From: Schmidtea polychroa | Lineage: Eukaryota | NCBI GenBank assembly: GCA_044892525.1 | Contig: CM097886.1 | Span: 93,186,001-93,250,000 of the forward strand | Length of the DNA: 64,000 bases | Direction of reading: 5' to 3' | Part shown: one piece after another, positions 37,995-49,112 of the stretch | Numbering within the stretch: position 1 is the stretch's first letter | Layout: every line of letters begins with the position of its first letter | The notes under the pieces: generated by a model | Databases searched by the model: none | Seen by the model: the letters and a program-made list of their open reading frames with translations, nothing else | What the model was told of the DNA's origin: nothing | Made by a program: the position numbers and the translations under genes

Positions 37995-39048
37995 TGTTAG
38001 GTTCGATGGGTATGTATTCGAACTAACACAAAAACGTTTCACTGACTCCAATTAATTTATAACGCGTGTAGGTAAATAAAATAACGAATATGATTTAAAT
38101 ATTTATTAACAATAAATAAGTAGTAACACAATTGTTTATATTACACAATTAATCACGCTGCTTTCTAAAGAACAGAAAACGGTTATACAAACCGCCCTAA
38201 AGAGTATTACTAAGAATCAAGGCTGGCCCTAAATGCGCCAACAGCCCGATATAGATGAACGGGAAAGAGATAGGGAGGTTTACCAAATTTTAACGCGATA
38301 GTGTCAACCAAGAAAATGGTTAACACTTTAAATTTTATTTGAAACGAAACAGCTACAAAAAATATGTGCTGACGTTGCAATCCCCTTTTATATTAACTTA
38401 AATAAATGAATATAATTATATGTATATATTACAAAGCAAAATTACTAACTAATTAGAAATCCAAAAGAGATAAAACCACAGATGTGTTATTCGAGCTTAA
38501 TTTCTTGTGGATAGAATTTTCTCTCTTGTTTCGATTATAGCTCCAACAAAGATTGGAGATGGGTTCTTGTAGTTTTGAATAAATATTGTAATTTTGAATA
38601 AATAATTCCAAATCCCGAATTGATAAAATTAATTTTCGATCGATGTGAAATTCTAATGTCTACTGTTAAATCTCCAATTAGATAGGAGATGTAAAATTGC
38701 AAAATTAGTTTCGTTAAATGTCAAATGACACAAATTTGTTTCTAATCAAATCGATTGCTTCTTTAACTACTACGTCTCAAATGTTTCTTTCGGTTCTACG
38801 TGACTTAACTTTCTCTCCCCTCAATCTAATTTTTCAACTAGTATTTATATAAATTTATTTATTTTAAATCTATTAATAGTAATTATTTAATTACTATTTT
38901 TATTATATATTTTTAAACAATTACTATTTTTGTTACCAATCTATTTTTAGTAATTATTTATTACTATTTATATTTTAATTCCAATTTTAGTAATTAATTA
39001 TTATTTAATTTCAAAACTTTTGATTCCGGTTCCTACTGAACCCCAACA
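37995..39048 (-). repeat. 3' LTR of the Gypsy element (1054 bp)
   Basis: TGTTGGGG...CCTAACA. 38631-39048 matches 51412-51829 with two substitutions. Confidence 0.88.
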
Positions 39049-39376
39049 TGTCTTCCCCCTAACAAGATTTTAGTCCCGAAAATTAAAGCGGTAAAGATAA
39101 GACAATTNNNNNNNNNNNNNNNNNNNNNNNNNNNNNNNNNNNNNNNNNNNNNNNNNNNNNNNNNNNNNNNNNNNNNNNNNNNNNNNNNNNNNNNNNNNNN
39201 NNNNNNNNNNNNNNNNNNNNNNNNNNNNNNNNNNNNNNNNNNNNNAATTAATCAAATATTGTTCATAAAATTAATGTTTGTCAATTTGAATAACTGGATT
39301 GGATTGAATTGTCGAAGGTGCTTTGATTGAGGACGTATAGCAAATTGCTAGGTCCATTGAACACATAGCCGAATTG

Positions 39377-41539
39377 CTAGTATTTTCTCCTTTTCATGAT
39401 CTTGGCACTTTCGTTACGGATCCTTTGTTCTACTATGTCTGGTCTGTAACTGACCACCAAAGTCTCCCGTGTACTTACCTCTTTGTACACAATTGAGGAG
39501 ATGATGTACGAGCCCTCATTAGCCTCCAATACTCCGTAATCGGGAAAATTGGATACGGCTACTTCATGGATTGGGCCTCCGTCGTATTCCTTGATACGTG
39601 GTTTCCATTTGCTGTCGGGTCTCTGCCACCAACTAGGATCTTCTCTGACGAAATCTTCCCGTATTTTGATTGAGTTGCCCCTTCCGACGAACTCGCCTTC
39701 ATTCACGATAATAGGCTCTCCTGCAATCGTGGGTTCACTCTTTGTTGCCAATATCTTGGTCAATGCAGGATCTGGTGGCTGATAATGGGTTTCTAAGAGA
39801 TCGTCATCCTCATCCTGGATGGGTATCCTAGGCATTTTCTTTTTTGTACTCTTAGGAATCTCATTTTTGCTTTTCGTAGAGGTAGGGACATTTTTCTCCT
39901 TTTCCTCTTTCTGGGTGGGTTTCTCTGTTGTTTTCTTTTTAAATTTTAAATCTTGTAGCTTAAGTAGTGGTGCTACAGCTTGGGGTAATGCTCCTTCTTC
40001 TGCTCCTTGTTTGGGTTCACTCAACGGGGCCAATGCTTTCAAGATCTTGGTGACCCGTTCAACTAGTTAACTGCCGGCGGTGGTTTTTCTGTTTCCATTT
40101 TAGCCGAATTCACCACTCTACTGTCATTGCTAAGGGTGACTTGGAGGCAGTTATCATCCGCGCTCTCGCAAGTGGCATAGTCGTCTTCGTCAGCAATAGA
40201 GATGGCTGGCGGCGACAATGAATCTTCTTCCACTATTTTCAGCAGCTTCGACCTGGGAATATCTTCTTTTACATAGCTCTCCATAGCTAAAGGTTTCTGC
40301 ATGCTTGAGGTTCCGGGATCCATCTGCTTTATTTGTGAAGACACCACCTCTTTCCGGTTGTCTGGTGAAAAAGTCATCTACCCAGATATCTCGTAAATTG
40401 TCGTATATCTCCATAATGGTTGTTACATCATTCTCCGTTTGAAGGTCCGAGAAGTGATATGCCTCTTTACCGGTGACTGCTTTTGCCAAATATGCCAAAC
40501 GGTAATACCCGTTGCATTTCTTTAAGTCCCTACTTTCGAGGCATTTAGCTGCGCCTAACTTACGGATTCCGAGTGCGCGCTGCATTGGGAATCTGATTAC
40601 TTCTAATAGGTCCTTTACTAGCAATCCCACGATGATTTCCCGATCGCAGATTTTCCTAATTCTTTCGGCACAGTCTTCTCCGTCGAACTGTCCGGTTATT
40701 TTTCTCTCGGTCATACCATGCGCATGCGATTGGTAATGTTTGACCTGTGCTCTGGGGGTAACTCTAGTGTTGAGTATCAGATCGCCATTGAAATGTGAGA
40801 TTGAGATGGCCAAAATTGCCGGTTTCAGGAATTGTCGTAGTGTAGCGTAGTGAGCTGCTACGAAAATGGTGAGGTTATCCTCTTGTTTAGGGTCCAAGCC
40901 CTGTCTTACGAAAGACTTAAACGTTTTGATGTCATTATCATTGACATTATATGTCCAATTTGGGTCATTAACCCATCTCGTTTGTGTTTCTCTGTGAGGT
41001 TCCAGAATTTCCATTGCTACGATGGTATCTATTCCTTCACATAACAGTGAGATGTTCTTTTCCCTTCCATCCCCGTTTTCTATTTCGAGGGTTGTGTGCT
41101 TTTGCAGCAAAATAGGGTTTGTGGCACCAGGAACATAAACCGTAAATGGTTTGTTAATGGCGTGTATCCACAGGTGGTTGGTCAGAGTATGTCTGCCAAA
41201 CTCAGGCATGACCTCGGTAAGCCTAATACTGCCGTTATGCTTGCCCTGGATTCTTGAAATAATCATTTGACGCTTTGGGGCCTCGTCAAATTTGAAATTA
41301 TTGGGTATGCCTGAGCAATGTCCGTAAAACCAGTGCCTTTGTCCTTTTCTGCTTTGCTCCATTACCTGCTTCTCCAGGTTTTTATAAATAAGTTTTTCCT
41401 TTAGTAAGTTTGTAGCACGTATAATGCTATGTCTTCCTTGATATTGGGATATTGGATGGCTCTGCATTCCTGAAATAAAAATCATTAACCATAATATCAG
41501 ATATACTGATATGCCATAATAGGCTAAAAAGATATGCAT
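39377..41539 (-). CDS. Accessory ORF of the Gypsy element (pieces 40190-41539, 40063-40377, 39377-40042) with a degenerate REX4/ISG20-like DEDDh exonuclease domain
   Basis: ISISHFNGDLILNTRVTP...VKHYQSHAHGMT...IIVG...YRLAYLAKAVTG...NDVTTIMEIY follows the REX4/ISG20 pattern. The Exo I motif reads FVAAHYAT instead of VAxDCEM. The pieces can be joined by two single-base frameshifts. Confidence 0.6.
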
Positions 41540-41669
41540 GAGTCTTATTATAAAAGATCTACATATGCTGAATTTTAATGCTACCTGGAGCTCTACGTAA
41601 ATATAGATTTTAAGATATATATAAATATTTATATATGATTTTTCCCCCGGGGAAGTCTGTAATTGTCAT

Positions 41670-42570
41670 AATTGCGACATCAGTACTCCATCGTAAGCCC
41701 TTATGGCTTGTCTAAAATATAGCTTGGTCCAAATACCCATAGCTATCAGTGTAGTTATTAGTGATAGTACGGCCGATACCGTAATCCATACCCCTATGGG
41801 TATTTTCAGAATGTATCACAACAGTTTGTCAGGTTTGGGGGCGTTTGGCAAGATATTGGTTTGATAGGTGACAACTGTCTAAGATGTTGCCACATTGCGG
41901 GATGTATCACCATGTTTTCCCTGACTACTTTTGGAGGTGTTTTCGTTATAACTGGCTGTTTCAGAGGTAATATCTCCTCGAATACCTCGAACCACCTATC
42001 GTCCTGCCGTTTCCTCGGACTATAGTATATAACTAGGACCGAATATTCTACGGACTGATTTAGATACATTTCTTGGGAGGGAGAGTTCTGGTCTAACCAT
42101 AATGTGTCTCTCGTGGTTGGTCCGTCTAGAATACAGACTTTCACCTTTTCCTCCCTGGTAATTTGCTGACTAAACTTTACTTTATCCCTTTCGTAGGATA
42201 TCGATATGCGATTTGTGAAATCTGCCGTCCGTAGGATCCAATTTGATACGTGATAGGTATACCAACCACTCTGATATAACCTTGATGCTGCGATATGCAG
42301 TTTATAATCCCTCTCAGCTTTTAAATCATATATAATTCCCACTCTTTTTCTTCTGAATTGAGTTGGCGGATCCGCAAGTACTTGTTGTAGACATGTAAAT
42401 TGAATTTTGTAGCGTTATCGCACGTTGTGAGTATGCTAATTCCGTGATACGTTCTTATAAAATGTAAGTGTTCCACTTGCATAGCCATAGGCTGAAAATA
42501 TGCCTTTTTAACCCTTTTTGCCATTGCCAAAGTTATCATACAGCTTATTATCAACAAAAAGGTTACCGAT
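41670..42570 (-). CDS. Second membrane-protein region fused to the integrase C-terminus (signal-like segment, RRKR, C-terminal TM; two frameshifts)
   Basis: VTFLLIISCMITLAMA is in frame with the integrase tail; then FRRKRVG after a frameshift at about 42345 and IPIGVWITVSAVLSLITTLIAMGIW after a frameshift at about 41815. Confidence 0.55.
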
Positions 42571-45500
42571 TTTGGAACACCCCGTGATCTCAATGGGTAT
42601 CGGTGTTCTTGTGGTTCTTCGGTAGTGTTTGGTTTCACTTGTTTCTCTGGTGCTTTTACTTTTGAATTTCCAGAGGTTCCTTTTGTTGAGATTTCGCACT
42701 TTTTACACCGATTAGCATGCACCATTATTGGTTCTGCTTTTCTGTTGGCCACAAGTTGTAATATGAGATTTGTATCTGTGGTTCTCAGTACCTCATATGG
42801 CCCTTTGAAATTCCGCATGAGTTTTGGTGATAAGCCTTTCTTTTTATAATGACTTTCCAACATCACCTGGTCTCCAACCATTATGCCATGATCCTTGGCT
42901 TTTCGGTCATGATAATCTTTGGATGCCTCCTGATTATATTTTATACTGAGGCCTGCTCTAGCCCATGCTTCCTGCATTCTTTCCCTCATTTCCATTAGAT
43001 AATCTTCCTGATCTAAATACTGTCTTGCTTTAGGGAAAAACAACAGATCTACTGACATTTTACTTTGCCTTAGATACATTAGGTAAAATGGTGTTTCACC
43101 TGTTCCTTCGTGCACTGCATTTCTCTATGCAAATAAACAGGATGGAATGTGGATGTCCCAGTCCGTTTGTCCCGAATTTACATATGATGCTAACATATTA
43201 GCTAAGGTTCCATTAAATCGTTCTACTAGCCCATCCGTCTGTGGGTGATATGGGGAAGTGTTCAACTTTAGAACTCCGAAATAATCATTTATTCCTTTGA
43301 GCAAATTACTCATGAAATCAGCTCCCCGATCCGTTAATAACTTTGTAGGTACTCCATACCTAAAGACAATTTGTTCAACGAAAATTCTAGCTATTGTATC
43401 AGCTTTGTGATTAGGCATCGGGTAGGCTTCTGGCCACTTAGTCAAGTAGTCGCAGAAAACTAATATGTACTTGTTTCCGCTATTAGATTCTTTGAATGGC
43501 CCCAACACGTCCATTGCCGTCATTTCCATAGGTGTAGATGGTACTGGCATCGGCTTCATTGGTACGTGTGGTTTCTTTCCGGTGTTTCTTCTGGTGATAC
43601 AGATCCTACATGTCTGACACCAGGTTTTGACGTCTTGTTTCATGTCGGGCCAAAAGTATTTTTGTTTTAACCTCGACAATGTTTTTCTGGATGACAGGTG
43701 GCTTCCTAAGGCTCCATCGTGATACTGCAACATGAGTGCTTCACGATATTTCTTAGGAACCATTATAACGTTATCTCTTACATCTGAATATTTAAATAAT
43801 CCCTCTTCCAGCACAAATTTGTCTTTATTCTTTTCCCAGTATTTCGTGAATTCTGTGGGCACGTATTTTGCTTCCAAGGCTTGACGGATAATATTGATTT
43901 CTTCGTCAGATTTTTGTGCCTCCATTAAATCAGCTAGCCGGTTGGCTTCTCGAGTCAGTGTGAAGATAGTCCCTTCGAGACGTCCTTCCTTCACATCTTC
44001 TACTTCTTCTTCCTGGTCCATTCTTGATAAAGCATCTGCATTACCATTGTGATATCCTTTTCTGTAATGGATTTCTATGGCATATGGCTGTAAAATTAGT
44101 GCCCATCTGATTAGTTTTGATGTATCCATTGTGTGTTTTGTCAGCCACTGTAATGGTCTATGATCGGTGTACACTATAACCTTTCGACCCCATAGATAGG
44201 TCCTAAACTGGGTTATAGCATAAAAAATTGCTAAAGCTTCTAGTTCTATCACTGCGTAGTTTCTCTCGTGTGGTTTTAACCCTCTGCTAGCGTATGCAAT
44301 TGCATACTCATCTCCTAGGTCATCTCTCTGACCTAGCACAGCACCTATGCCCGAGTGCTGGCGTCTGTCATACCCAAAATTGTCTCTCAAAGTCTGGAAA
44401 TCGCAATATAGGTGGCTTGACGAGATTTCCCTTGAGCATATCAAATGCTTCTTGCTGTTCTGTCCCCCACACAAATTTGACATTTTTGCCCTCTAACTGT
44501 GTAAGTGGAAAAGCTATAACCGAGAAGTTTCTAATGAATTTTCTATAATATCCAACTAGGCCTAAAAACCCTTTGATATGTTTAACGGTTTTAGGCTCTC
44601 TGAAATTCTTTACCTTTTCGACATTAGCTGGATCGGGTTTAACCCCGTCTCGTGATATGATATGTCCAACATATACTACTTCTGGTTCAGCCCATTTACA
44701 TTTGATTGGTTTCGCTTTCATGTTTGCGTTGATCAACCTCTTGAATACATCTTCTAAATGTTCCAAGTGTTTTTCCAAATTTGGCGAGAATACTATGACA
44801 TCGTCAATGTATACCATCGCATGATGTACATCCATGAGCATCAAATTCGTTGCTCTTTGAAATGTGGCTGGAGCTCATGTGAGTCCAAATGGCATTACGT
44901 TATATTCGTAATGACCCATACTCGTAGAGAACGCTGTTATTGGTATAGTCTCATCTTTTAACTTAATTTGATAAAATCATATTTGGACGTCCATTACTGA
45001 GAAGAACTTAGCGTTTCTCATGCGTCCATAGATATAATCTAACAATGGCAATGGATGGCTATCTTTGCATGTTGCTTTGTTAACCATGCGATAGTCGTTA
45101 CATAATCGTATGATCCATCCTTCTTGGCTACCACTATCATTGGCGATTGATATGGTGATTTACTATGCCTGATTATGCCATGTTTTAACATCAATTTCAC
45201 CTGTTTATCTACTGATTCCTCCAGACTGAATGGGATACGGTATGGTCTCAACTTTATAGGTTTTGTATTGGTGAGAACAATCTCATGTGCTAACAGGTTT
45301 GTTTTTCCCAGATCGTATTCATGTTTTGCGAATACCTGATCATTTTTCCTCAATAGTATATTTACTTGGATGTTTTCCTTTCTGGTTAGCATTTTGCTAT
45401 TTGCCGTAGGTGCATCGTAGTACTCAATGTCTGGATCTCTTTCTTCTGCCTTTACGGTGAGTATCGACCCTTCTCCGGTGGCTTGTGGCTCGTTTTGTTT

Positions 45501-46130
45501 CCAGATTCTGCCCACTCTGGTATCTGGATATAAGTAAAATGGTTTAATGTCCAGATTGGCTACCCTGATTGGTATTCTACCATTGACTATTAAACCTACG
45601 CTATGCGTAACTGGTATATTGTATTTCTCCGAAAATCTTTCGTCTGGTTCAAATGCAACTTCACCTTCCCAATTATTGCTTGTAGCTACAAAGCATACCG
45701 TTTCTGCTCTGGGTGGTATGATAGTTGTATGATCTATATAAGCTGTATCATCGTTGTAAATTTTTCTCTTTTTACCTCGTGCTCGGATTAACAATCCAGA
45801 TGCACAATCGAATACTACTCCTCGTAGTCTTTTTAGGATGTCCATACCCAATAGACATTCGGCTGGGAGCATTCTCATCACTATGATGTCGTGATGGAGC
45901 TCCTGGTCACATAGCTTAATCTGTCATGATAATGACCCTATTACGTTTAATGAGGATCCGTTTGCTCCTGTTAATTTTACTCCTGCCGGTTTTAGCGACT
46001 GCAGTTCATGATGGTTTAACAATTTAGCTTCAATTATGGTACCATCTGCTCCTGAGTCTATCACCGCATTAACTGTATGTCGGTTCACTCTTATTTTTAT
46101 CATTGGCTTTTTATCCAAATTCACTGGGTT
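42570..46130 (-). pseudogene. pol: Gypsy pol: protease, RT, RNase H, integrase, disrupted by stops and single-base frameshifts
   Basis: AVIDSGA (46058), MPFGL, VYIDD, TDAS/IAYASR, an H-H-C-C zinc finger, MDVLGP, TDRGADF and DGLVERFN. Confidence 0.95.
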
Positions 46131-49112
46131 ATTGACCATCAAGATAGTATCGTGCGAGATACCGATTGTATTGGCTCTCGTTTGTTCTGCTTCCAGTAAT
46201 TCAGGATCACTCAGTTGAGGATTATACTCTTTAAATTTAGCTTTAATTGACTCTAACGCTTCCTTTGGATAGTGCACTTTAGGTAATTCTGGCAATGTTG
46301 AACATGTTAGATTATTAAATATGGTATCTTCACTGATTTTCCATTGGTGTCGTCCTGTTCTGAATGTTGTTTCCTTTGAATGTTCCCACCCCTCGTTTGG
46401 TGCGGATGGTAAACTCCTCAAAGTTGGCAATTGTACATATCTTGGACTTCTCTTGAATCTGGGTGACCTTATGTCGAATTTTTGGTCGGAACTGTCATAT
46501 TCTCCTTCTGAGGACGGTTTTCTCACGTAGATTTCCTTTGATTGGTCATATGGAGGAAGATATTCCTTAAATCTCGATTTTCTTTGTTGCTGACTCGGTT
46601 TTTTGTTGTAGTTCTGTTTTCGTGATTGATTTGATCTTGAAGATGTTTCACGAGAGCCTCCATTACCTCCTCCCTTTGAATTGTTATCGTCCCGATAACT
46701 CGAATACTCCTCCATTTCTGTTCCAATTACTTCATATTTGACCAAATGTTTCTGTTTAATTTCTTTAATTTCTTTTCTGTGATGTTTGAATAATGCAAAC
46801 TCTGCACACATAGGACATAGTCCTAACAGCAGTTTCCATGACCATCCCCCAATTTTGAATATGCTATATGTTGACATCAATTGCGTAATTATCAGCTTTA
46901 AAATAACAAATATTGCGTAAATTCCTGAACATCCAGCGACGAAAATACCAAAATTGGTAAATCGTCCCCATATTTTCATCATTACGTTCTTTGCTGCTTC
47001 TTTATAGTGTTCCGGTCCAAATAATAAATTGTAGTCTGGTCGTATTAAGCTATCATGATAAATTGTTCTTATAATTTCCGTGATACCTCTGTCTCTGATT
47101 TGTGGGAATAGCAATGTCCTTCTTGCTTCCTCGATATCGTCGGGAGTATAAATCCCTCCTTTTGCTAATTCGTATAGTGACTTGAATTCCAGATTATCCT
47201 TTAATTTAGTTACCTCCAAGGTCTCTACCCGTTGTGTAGATGGTTTTCTTTCCGTCAGAGATATCCACATGTCATTTATTTTGTATAATGGTGATATTGC
47301 CGGGTTGCATATAGCTGGTTGAGGTTTAGCGTTTTCCTCAAGTAACTTTCTGGTTACTGGCATAACAAATCTCAATTTTCCTTGGTAAGACACTGGCAGT
47401 TCTAGAGTGCATTGATTAAATCTGGCTAATTGTTCTTCCACTGGTTTACACTCATAGCTATATATAGCTTCTCCCATGATTCTGCCAAACATTCCATCTT
47501 CCAATAACATTGGAGTAACCAACTCTGGATTAACGATAGATATTGCTAATCTATTTCGGACTATTTCACGATTTAGCTTGCAATCGTTTAGTATTACCTC
47601 TTGATACATATCTTGCACTTGTCCTTGCAGATCATGATATAAATAATCTACTTTATTATTTATATAATTCGTGATTTTGATATCCTTTACATGTAGGACC
47701 TTGGAATTCCGAATATATTCTCTTGACAAGAAAATTCCTTTGTAGTTCGTTTCGTATACTCTTTTCCCACATTTAGTCTGTTTATCTTTTCGGACAAATC
47801 GAATTGCTTCCGTCTTGTCTTCCGATATCAACACTAGAGGTGTGTTTTCCTCTCCGATATCTTCCTTCTCTTGTTTGTTGATTTTCTTCAACGTTTTTGC
47901 TTTATCCCAAACCTTTTCTGGATTCTGGGAGTCCCGATATTTAGTTCCATTTAATTTTCTAAAAGGAATTTTCTTGAGGAAAGCCAACTCACAATGATCT
48001 CTCATTTGTTCGTAAATTAATGTGGTGGTTCCCGTTTTACAACTGCCGAACTTGGCATTGCATTGCGGATGTGCCATCAATTTTCCTGTGGCCACATCGA
48101 ATGTTCCCTCGTACTCTCGTAATTCCACTGAGTAATCTTCTATGTCTACCACATAGGAAACTAAATTGCTACCGCGAATTTTCTTTCTGCCTTTGCAGGT
48201 TCCATCTGAGGCAATTGTTCCTCCTCGAGTGATTGTTATTCCCAGTGTTTTCCCAATTTCTGCCGAGATTGATACCTCGTTATCTATCCTCACGCTTCCT
48301 TTTCGAAATGCATCTAGGCAGTCTTCGGGCATTATGTTTACCGGTCTTGGTATTAATGTTACAGATAGAAAAGCAGAATAGTGATTACTACCGCAATAAT
48401 ATTCAAATGTAGCTCTCTGGATTCTACATTCCTTTATCGTGGTTCTATAAAATTCACTCTCTTGGTAGACGTAATATTCTACCTTTTCCCCTTGATGAAC
48501 CTTCTCTGGATACGCCTCTTTGCACTCAATTACATCTACTAGCGAATATATCCGAGATAGTTTAGGATTTCCACAGTCAAATACTGTTAGTGAATTTGTT
48601 TGTTTTAATATGCCCATCATTACCAGGAACATCAGGATCATGCTTGTCATGTTTCCTGTGCCTGAACTACCATTATTTATGGCTTCTTCCACGACTTCAT
48701 ATCGTGGTTTTGGAATTATTTCCTTTTCCCAAAATTTGTTTACGGTCATCCATACCTCCAGGTTATAATCTACCATTTCGACTATTTGATCGATTTCTCG
48801 TTCTATAAGCCTTTTATCCTCCCCTACTCGGGCTAAGGCATTTTGAATTAACAATGATAGTGATGTTACCACTTTCCCTCTTGTTAATCCTTGCTGCACG
48901 AATGCTTTTATGGCATCCTGAATATCTCCTGTTGATACATCTTTGGGTACTCTTTCCATTGTCTTCTTGACCTCTTTTATTATCTTCTTTACTTCGATGC
49001 CCTTGATTTTTTGAATTCTCCATTCGGGCCTGATGATCCCGATTATTTGTTGTATTCGTTTCCACAATAACAACCTTTCTGGCGTTGTCTCATCTCCCGC
49101 CTGGTTGTCCAT
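45924..49112 (-). CDS. env: Chuvirus/Jingchuvirales-type envelope glycoprotein in one uninterrupted frame with the retroviral aspartic protease
   Basis: Internal signal-like MILMFLVMMGIL (about 48650-48590), then LTVFDC...SLVDVIEC...CRIQRATFEYYCGSNHYS, a Cys-rich ectodomain, TM FGIFVAGCSGIYAIFVILKLII (about 46955-46875), a cytoplasmic linker and DSGA. Confidence 0.82.
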   Translation of the reverse strand: MDNQAGDETTPERLLLWKRIQQIIGIIRPEWRIQKIKGIEVKKIIKEVKKTMERVPKDVSTGDIQDAIKAFVQQGLTRGKVVTSLSLLIQNALARVGEDKRLIEREIDQIVEMVDYNLEVWMTVNKFWEKEIIPKPRYEVVEEAINNGSSGTGNMTSMILMFLVMMGILKQTNSLTVFDCGNPKLSRIYSLVDVIECKEAYPEKVHQGEKVEYYVYQESEFYRTTIKECRIQRATFEYYCGSNHYSAFLSVTLIPRPVNIMPEDCLDAFRKGSVRIDNEVSISAEIGKTLGITITRGGTIASDGTCKGRKKIRGSNLVSYVVDIEDYSVELREYEGTFDVATGKLMAHPQCNAKFGSCKTGTTTLIYEQMRDHCELAFLKKIPFRKLNGTKYRDSQNPEKVWDKAKTLKKINKQEKEDIGEENTPLVLISEDKTEAIRFVRKDKQTKCGKRVYETNYKGIFLSREYIRNSKVLHVKDIKITNYINNKVDYLYHDLQGQVQDMYQEVILNDCKLNREIVRNRLAISIVNPELVTPMLLEDGMFGRIMGEAIYSYECKPVEEQLARFNQCTLELPVSYQGKLRFVMPVTRKLLEENAKPQPAICNPAISPLYKINDMWISLTERKPSTQRVETLEVTKLKDNLEFKSLYELAKGGIYTPDDIEEARRTLLFPQIRDRGITEIIRTIYHDSLIRPDYNLLFGPEHYKEAAKNVMMKIWGRFTNFGIFVAGCSGIYAIFVILKLIITQLMSTYSIFKIGGWSWKLLLGLCPMCAEFALFKHHRKEIKEIKQKHLVKYEVIGTEMEEYSSYRDDNNSKGGGNGGSRETSSRSNQSRKQNYNKKPSQQQRKSRFKEYLPPYDQSKEIYVRKPSSEGEYDSSDQKFDIRSPRFKRSPRYVQLPTLRSLPSAPNEGWEHSKETTFRTGRHQWKISEDTIFNNLTCSTLPELPKVHYPKEALESIKAKFKEYNPQLSDPELLEAEQTRANTIGISHDTILMVNNPVNLDKKPMIKIRVNRHTVNAVIDSGADGTIIEAKLLNHHELQSLKPAGVKLTGANGSSLNVIGSLS

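Noticed and set aside
41130-41260. GSIRL...WIHAINK in the accessory ORF as an AlkB-like dioxygenase
   Set aside because: No HxD motif or terminal RxxxxxR is identifiable; the resemblance is too thin.
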